A stretch of 64,000 nt of DNA from Dehalococcoidia bacterium. Lineage in GTDB: Bacteria; Chloroflexota; Dehalococcoidia; Plut-88900. Shown piece by piece: positions 58,135 through 64,000 of the stretch. The notes below the pieces were generated by a model. The model had not been told where the DNA came from. It made no database searches and saw only the letters and a program-made list of their open reading frames with translations. The first letter of the stretch is position 1. Every line of letters starts with the position of its first letter. The stretch covers positions 2,624,001 to 2,688,000 of the forward strand of contig OZ240219.1 in assembly GCA_965197645.1 (NCBI GenBank), given 5' to 3'. The position numbers and the translations under genes are program-made.

Positions 58135-59310
58135 TTACGACGTGACGTTGTAGACCTTCAAGGCGTTCTCGCCCAGTATCTTCTTCTGGTCCGCCGCCGA
58201 CATCCCTCCGATGTGCTCCCTTATCTCCTTGACCGGCTCGGGGAAGGCATCGGTGTGAGGGTAGTCCGAGGCCCAGAACAGCTTGTCTGCTCCCAGTTCC
58301 TCGGCTATGAACGTCGCCGTATGGTCCTCGGGCTCCATGGAAATCCAGCACTGTCGCTGGAAGTACTCGGTGGGACTGCAGCTCCTGTCGGCAAACCTGT
58401 ACTTGTAGACCTCCGTCAGGTGGTCCATCCTGTCCAGCCAGTGGGGCATCCAGCCTGCGCCCGTCTCCAGGACCAGGGTCTTCAGCCTGGGAAACCGCTC
58501 GAACACACCCTCATAGACCATGTTTGTGAAGGCCATCTGGACGTCCAGGCTGAACAGAACGTCGCTCCACCAAACGGCATCGGACTGGTTCACACCATCA
58601 CCTTTGTACATGTGGTCTCCAACGTAGTTGGGGCCCAGGATGGGATGGATCCCTGCGGCTATGTTCATGTCCTGCAGAGCCTCCCAGTACCTATCGTTGT
58701 CGCGATGGCCAAAGGGCCGTTCGGAGAGCCATGGGGGCCTGGCATACACGAACACTCCGCCAACTCCCTTATCAGCGACCCGCTCAAGCTCGGTTATGGC
58801 CATATCCATGTCCAGCAGAGAGATGTGAGCAACCGGCTTCAGGCGGTCGGGGTCCGGGCTGCAGAAATCGAACAACCAATTGTTGTATGCCCTGCAGTAG
58901 GCCGCAGCCAACTCCGGGTCGGGACACTCCTGTTCCCAGGCTATACCGATAGTGGGATACATGAATGCCATGTCTATCCCGTCCTTGTCCATCACCTTGA
59001 GGCGCTCGTTGCCGTCATAGCCCCCCGGGGGCGATGCGTTAGCGAAGGTGGTCTCCTCGGTGGCGGTCAGGAAATGCTGGACAACGTCCGGGTCTCCGAT
59101 GGCGCCCAGGGCGCCTATCGTTCCCCCCTGCATCGCCGCCGACTTCTTCCCGGCCACCTCCAGGTATTCCAGCCCATTCTCATCCTTCTTGAATCGTATA
59201 GCCCGGTCCTTGTACTCGGGCTCCAGGTACTTCTCCCAGAGGTCCGGCGGCTCCATGATGTGCCCGTCGGCGTCGACGGTGGTAGTTTCCACGTGTATCT
59301 TCTCTGCCAT
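58135..59310 (-). CDS. Amidohydrolase_2 family protein
   Basis: DADGHIMEP, RAYNNW, GIHP, WASDYPHTD. Confidence 0.9.
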   Translation of the reverse strand: MAEKIHVETTTVDADGHIMEPPDLWEKYLEPEYKDRAIRFKKDENGLEYLEVAGKKSAAMQGGTIGALGAIGDPDVVQHFLTATEETTFANASPPGGYDGNERLKVMDKDGIDMAFMYPTIGIAWEQECPDPELAAAYCRAYNNWLFDFCSPDPDRLKPVAHISLLDMDMAITELERVADKGVGGVFVYARPPWLSERPFGHRDNDRYWEALQDMNIAAGIHPILGPNYVGDHMYKGDGVNQSDAVWWSDVLFSLDVQMAFTNMVYEGVFERFPRLKTLVLETGAGWMPHWLDRMDHLTEVYKYRFADRSCSPTEYFQRQCWISMEPEDHTATFIAEELGADKLFWASDYPHTDAFPEPVKEIREHIGGMSAADQKKILGENALKVYNVTS

Positions 59311-59501
59311 AGCTATCCTCCCTCTCTAGCGTGTCACCCTTGAACTGCCCCTAAGTTACCACAATAGTGTCCGTTTTGTCTTTGGTCGCCGGAGCATGGT
59401 CAATCATGCTGGGCGGCGGCACTGACCCACTCCAAATCCCTCGGCCTCTACGGAGCCCGGACGAAGAGTCATGGCGATGCTCCGGTCCTGTGTCCGTCAA
59501 C

Positions 59502-60521
59502 CTAGCGACGGTACTCGTCTCCGCAGTCGCCGACAATTGAGAACAGGTTGCTCGATTTATCTACGACCGCCCGGATCCGCTCTCCGTCTTCCTCGCTCAG
59601 AGATATGTCGAATGCCCGGGCGTTATCCTGAATATGTTGGGCGACCCCCAGCCGTACACCAACAGCAACGCCCGCAACGGCAGGGCGATCGAGTATGTAA
59701 CGAACGGCCACGTTGGCCGTGCTGACGCCATGCCCGGCGGCAACGGAGTTCAACGTTCCCAGCAACTCTTGAAACAGGCCCCAGCCGCCCCAGGCGTCTA
59801 TCATCTGCTTGTACTTCCTCAGACTGGCCGTGTTCAGCTCCCTGTACGTTGGCTCGGGTTGGCCCAGATACCTGTCGGAGAGAAGTCCACCGCAAAGCGT
59901 CCCGTAGGCCAGTAGCCCGACGCCGTGACCTTGACAGAACTGGGCCATTCGGACCTCTGGCCTCAGGTCCACCAGCGAGTACTGCACCTGGTTGGAGACG
60001 ATATCGATGCCACCTTCGACTATTCGCTCAAGGGTCTCGGTGCTGAAGTTGGTGAGGCTCAGATGCCGGATCTTGCCCTCGTCACGCAACTGGGCCAGGT
60101 GATGCAGGGCGTCAAAGTACCTGGAATCCTGGTAGTCCCACCAGTGGAACTGCAGCATATCCAGCGCTTCGACATCCATTCTTCTCAATGATACGTCGAT
60201 ATTGCTCTCGACCACCTCCCTGGTCATCGGCCCCGGTTGGGGCACCCACTTGGTAAATGCCTGCACCTGCTCCAGCTCATTCGCTCCCCTAGAGGCAGCC
60301 AGCCTTCGTCTGAACTCACCGATGAAGCTCTCCGCCGGGCCGTAGTGATCAGCCAGGTCCCAGGTGGTGAAACCCGCTGCATGGTGTGCCATCATGCTTT
60401 CGATAGCAGAGTCGGGATCAATCGGGCCGTGAGCGCCGGACACCTGCCACATCCCGTTCAGAAGGCGACACATCGACATGTCGGGCGTAATCTGGAACCT
60501 GCTGGTTTCGGGCAAGCCCAT
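59502..60521 (-). CDS. Aldo/keto reductase
   Basis: GMWQ, DLADHYG, FTKW, LQFHWW, SNQVQYS; ATG at 60521 after GGAGG. Confidence 0.9.
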   Translation of the reverse strand: MGLPETSRFQITPDMSMCRLLNGMWQVSGAHGPIDPDSAIESMMAHHAAGFTTWDLADHYGPAESFIGEFRRRLAASRGANELEQVQAFTKWVPQPGPMTREVVESNIDVSLRRMDVEALDMLQFHWWDYQDSRYFDALHHLAQLRDEGKIRHLSLTNFSTETLERIVEGGIDIVSNQVQYSLVDLRPEVRMAQFCQGHGVGLLAYGTLCGGLLSDRYLGQPEPTYRELNTASLRKYKQMIDAWGGWGLFQELLGTLNSVAAGHGVSTANVAVRYILDRPAVAGVAVGVRLGVAQHIQDNARAFDISLSEEDGERIRAVVDKSSNLFSIVGDCGDEYRR

Positions 60522-60667
60522 TTGTGCCTCCGGGGGACGCAGCAATGGCTGGTCGCTTGGAGAGAAGTGTATCGGTCGGACGGCCCTGTTGGGCTCCGTC
60601 GTAGCCCCGGGTATCACTATCTAAAGTGGTCTCTGAACGCCTAAGAAAAGGACCCGCGGCGCCGGCC

Positions 60668-61966
60668 CTAAACGCCGACCTTCTGCGCCAGCTCGATGCC
60701 GAACTGTTCGACGGCCGTGCCGCCCATCATCAGGGCGATGGTGGACTCCTCTACGTCCGCTCTGGTGAGGGTTTCGATGGCGTCCCAGGCGCTCGTTGTG
60801 TCCTGGTTGGGATAGCGGGAGCCCCAGACTATCTTCTCGGCGAAGGGGCGAGGCAGCTCCGGTATGAGCCGCTCCTCAGCGTCGAAACCCAGGACCACCC
60901 GGCCTTCCTCCCACATGTCCTCGGGGTCCGTTCTGACCGGGTAGTAGTGCTGGAGTGGGATCACCTTGGTCGAGGCCTCCATCTTTTCCAGCACCTCTTC
61001 CGCCCAGGTGGCCTTACCGTGGGACACCACTACCTTCATGTTGGGGAACCGTTGCATCAGCGAGTAGCCGACCAGCGAGGATGCCACGAACATGTGGTTG
61101 TCCAGCCAGTAGGACAGGATCGGCGCGAGATGATGGCCCAGGGGCAGCCGTGCATCCCCGATGAACCCCCGCTCGCCTCCACCGGCCAGGGGTCCTGCCC
61201 CCGCTGCCGTATTGGGGGTCAGCCACATGCCGGCCTCCACCATCCGGCCCTGCAGTCGCTCGACGAAGGGGCCGTGGGATGTCCACTCAGGGTTCCACAA
61301 GCCGGGTGTGGGGTGAACGGCGGCGGTCACGCCCAGGTTTTCCAGCTCCGTCCACAGCGGGTCGTAGTAAGGATGGGTGAAGTATCGCTCCTCTATGAAC
61401 ATGGGCCGGATGAAGGCGCCGCGGAAGCAGGGGACTTTGGACGTTCGATGCAGCTCCTCGATAGCGAACTCCATGTTCTGGAGCGGCAGCATGGCAGCAG
61501 CGAAGAGGCGGTCCGGCGCCGCGGCGCAGAAATCGGCCATCCAGTCGTTGTAGGCACGCGCCAACGCATAGGCGACGTCCGGGTCCTCCACGAGGTGGAA
61601 GCCCTCGGCGAACCAGGTCGGGTACAGGAAAGCCTGGTCGATTCCCATGGCGTCCATGTCCCGAAGCCGAGCCTCGGGGTCCCAGGCGCCCTCGTTCATC
61701 GGGTGGGGGACATCGGGATCTAGGGACCCTATGTCGCTCCAGGTGGTACCAGGACGCCAGATGGCATGGCGAGGGATGTTGGTGTTGCCCGTATCCCGGA
61801 ACATCTTGCCGTTGACCTTGAGATACGAGCCCAGCCTCCCCTCCTCCCGCCACAGGGCTGATTTACCCAGAACGCGGTACTCCGGTTCCAGGTACTTCGT
61901 CCAGACCTCCGGGGGCTCCACCACGTGGGAGTCGCTATCGAATACCGTGAAGCGCTTCTTCGTCAT
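60668..61966 (-). CDS. Amidohydrolase_2 family protein with degenerate beta-8 motif
   Basis: DSDSHVVEP, RAYNDW, VHPTP; WGSRYPNQD in place of WxSDYPHxD. Confidence 0.85.
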   Translation of the reverse strand: MTKKRFTVFDSDSHVVEPPEVWTKYLEPEYRVLGKSALWREEGRLGSYLKVNGKMFRDTGNTNIPRHAIWRPGTTWSDIGSLDPDVPHPMNEGAWDPEARLRDMDAMGIDQAFLYPTWFAEGFHLVEDPDVAYALARAYNDWMADFCAAAPDRLFAAAMLPLQNMEFAIEELHRTSKVPCFRGAFIRPMFIEERYFTHPYYDPLWTELENLGVTAAVHPTPGLWNPEWTSHGPFVERLQGRMVEAGMWLTPNTAAGAGPLAGGGERGFIGDARLPLGHHLAPILSYWLDNHMFVASSLVGYSLMQRFPNMKVVVSHGKATWAEEVLEKMEASTKVIPLQHYYPVRTDPEDMWEEGRVVLGFDAEERLIPELPRPFAEKIVWGSRYPNQDTTSAWDAIETLTRADVEESTIALMMGGTAVEQFGIELAQKVGV

Positions 61967-62033
61967 GATCGCCGTTCCCCTCGCCTTGAGTGCATTTCGG
62001 AGCCATGAGTAACCGGTTGAGAAGGGAGGTCCG

Positions 62034-63437
62034 TTAACTCACCCTCACGGTGCCTGGAGGTATGCCGGCCTCAGGCCGGAGGGACTCCTGCACCTCTTCG
62101 TCAGTGGGCCACCAGTCGGGCCGCTCCAGCTCCGTGACTCTATCCCGGACGATCTTTCCGGGTGGGGCGATGCTGTACAGCCGCCGGGCGTTCTCTCCCA
62201 GAAACTTGGCCTGATAGGAGACCGGGAGCTCCGTCTTCTGCATCGTCTCGATGGCCTTCCAGACGTCGTCCCCATCGTGGTGGTAGACATCGGACGACCA
62301 GGCCAGAATATCCTGATAGAAATCGGGCAAACGCGATGGGGGCGCCTCGTCGCCTTCGAAGCCGGTGACGCAGTGTTGGAAGAAGGTCTCGCTGGGCCGC
62401 CGTTCCAGGGGAGGGAAGCTGCGGTCGTTGCGATAGAGCTCGAAAGCCTTGTCGCACTCGTCGAGGAGGAAGCTCAACCAGGTGGACGAGGCCTCGAACA
62501 CGGCCGCTTTCAGCTTGGCGTGCCGTTCGAAGAACCCGGACATCAGCGTCATGACCACCCACGTCGAGGCTTCGGCCTGGAAGTTCTGGACGTTGGTCAG
62601 GAACAGATGAGGCAGGCCGGAGGTCTTCATGGACCGCTCGATCAGCTCCGCACCGGAGTACTGCTGGGTATAGCCGGGTGGCTTCAGCCGGCCCGCTGCG
62701 GGGAAGGGGTGCATTCCATATACCATGCCCGTGTCCTCCATGGCGTCCCACAGAGGCTCATACTTGGGCTGGATGGGGAAGTTGCCCATGGCGTCCATCG
62801 GTCGCACGAGAGCGACACGGCAGCCCTTTTCCGCCACCCGGTACAGCTCCTCCACGGCGTACGAGGGGTCCTGGAGCGGGAGCATGGCAGCGAAGTAGAG
62901 ACGCTCCGGGTCTTCCTGGCAGTAATTGTAGGCCCACTCGTTGTACGCCTTGCAGAAGGCCTTGGCGCCGAGGGCGTTCTGAAGCCAGGGGTAGGTATCG
63001 ATGTCGGTGGGGATGATCATCACCTGGTCGATGCCCTGAAAGTCCATGTCCTGCAGTCGAGGCTTGGGCTCATAGGAGCCCTTGTGGTCCAGGTAGTCCG
63101 CCTGCTCCTCGTTCATGGCCCTGTCCGGGTGGAGGTTGCGCACGTTGAAGGCCCTCTGGACGTCGTGCTTCATGCCGGGCCCGGCGCTGGTGAGAACGTG
63201 AAGATGACCGGGTATCCCACCGAAGTTCTGGGAGCCGATGCCACCGCCAACCTTGCCGTTGACGATGAGCTGCTTGCTCTCGGAGTCGTACCATATGGTG
63301 GAGCGGAGCGCCTCCAGCTCTTCCCTGGTCAGGTGTTCCTCGGCGCGCTCCCAGATCAAGGCAGGCTCGGTCACGTGGGCGTCGCAATCGAAGGTGGCGA
63401 AGTCCTTCGTCATGGGCTGGAATCTCTGGACTGGCAT
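62034..63437 (-). CDS. Amidohydrolase_2 family protein
   Basis: DCDAHVTEP, KAYNEW, GMHP, WSSDVYHHD; ATG at 63437 after GAGGAG. Confidence 0.88.
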   Translation of the reverse strand: MPVQRFQPMTKDFATFDCDAHVTEPALIWERAEEHLTREELEALRSTIWYDSESKQLIVNGKVGGGIGSQNFGGIPGHLHVLTSAGPGMKHDVQRAFNVRNLHPDRAMNEEQADYLDHKGSYEPKPRLQDMDFQGIDQVMIIPTDIDTYPWLQNALGAKAFCKAYNEWAYNYCQEDPERLYFAAMLPLQDPSYAVEELYRVAEKGCRVALVRPMDAMGNFPIQPKYEPLWDAMEDTGMVYGMHPFPAAGRLKPPGYTQQYSGAELIERSMKTSGLPHLFLTNVQNFQAEASTWVVMTLMSGFFERHAKLKAAVFEASSTWLSFLLDECDKAFELYRNDRSFPPLERRPSETFFQHCVTGFEGDEAPPSRLPDFYQDILAWSSDVYHHDGDDVWKAIETMQKTELPVSYQAKFLGENARRLYSIAPPGKIVRDRVTELERPDWWPTDEEVQESLRPEAGIPPGTVRVS

Positions 63438-63733
63438 ACCGTAACTCCTCACAGCATAGCAGTTGAAGCCTCTCCCCTCGTTGGAGTCCTATTTAGCACG
63501 CCTCGATTGGAAAGTCAACCGACTATCACGCCCCACCAGTGCCCGAGGGGTATGGTACGACGCGGCCGGCCCGCGTACTCCACGGCGGAGGATATAATGT
63601 TATGTAACGAGGAGCGGGTACGGCAATAGCGCTTGGAAGAGGAACGGCCATGAGTAACCCTTCGACGTGATGGCAATCTACGCCCTCTATCAGGAGGTCT
63701 CAAGGTAAGTAGGATGATAGAGTCTAGCGACGC

Positions 63734-64000
63734 ATGGCACTCCCTTTGAAACATAACCCTCTTGTTGTGGTGCTAATCGTCCTCTTGCTCGTTTCCGGAT
63801 GTGCGGCTGTAGTTTACGGGTTCATGGTCTACAATGACCCATTCCCGTCGACTTCGTGGCCAGGCCGAGAATACACACCCCCCAAGTATGTAGAGATACC
63901 AGTTGAGGCATGCTCCGACGGAATCGTGGTACCCGACCCCACAGCAGAGACTAGCCACGGTCTTGTGAGCGACTGCCGGATTCTCGTCGAGATGATGAAC
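63734..64000 (+). CDS. Secreted/membrane-anchored protein, 3'-truncated by the window edge
   Basis: Open frame MALPLKHNPLVVVLIVLLLVSGC...EACSDGIVVPDP...GLVSDCRILVEMMN runs off the window; absent from the ORF track. Confidence 0.6.
   Translation, partial: MALPLKHNPLVVVLIVLLLVSGCAAVVYGFMVYNDPFPSTSWPGREYTPPKYVEIPVEACSDGIVVPDPTAETSHGLVSDCRILVEMMN

Noticed and set aside
56636-64000. Genomic island integrated at ssrA
   Set aside because: No integrase, no duplicated tmRNA 3' end noticed, and gene content and composition match the rest of the window

Overview
GC-rich bacterial chromosome segment, most consistent with Chloroflexota/Dehalococcoidia (SAR202-like). This is inferred from the expanded LLM monooxygenase, amidohydrolase, SDR and Rid paralogs together with dapL and apgM; it is not proven. 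The window is mostly housekeeping: tsaC-pgk-apgM-tpiA-miaA-dapF-dapL-hflX, guaA-purDEBCS, hisG-hisDCB, birA, rnpB, ctpA-smpB-ssrA, interleaved with catabolic paralogs and two families of REP-like intergenic palindromes. No integrase, transposase, prophage, CRISPR, tRNA or rRNA was seen. Most notable observations: (1) an otherwise intact RNase HI gene with an in-frame UGA two codons after the first catalytic Asp and a SECIS-like hairpin, a candidate new selenoprotein (nonsense mutation or sequencing error is not excluded), in a window that also carries a putative selenate-type ABC transporter and its LysR regulator; (2) a cysteinyl-tRNA synthetase fused to a GT-A glycosyltransferase-like domain, lying directly behind a divergent plsY and back-to-back with an LprG/P55-like lipoprotein-MFS pair; (3) hflX apparently starting at a non-canonical ATC codon; (4) a Zn-dependent PLC-fold gene coupled to hisD inside the his cluster. 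All family calls come from motif recognition by eye, with no database searches.
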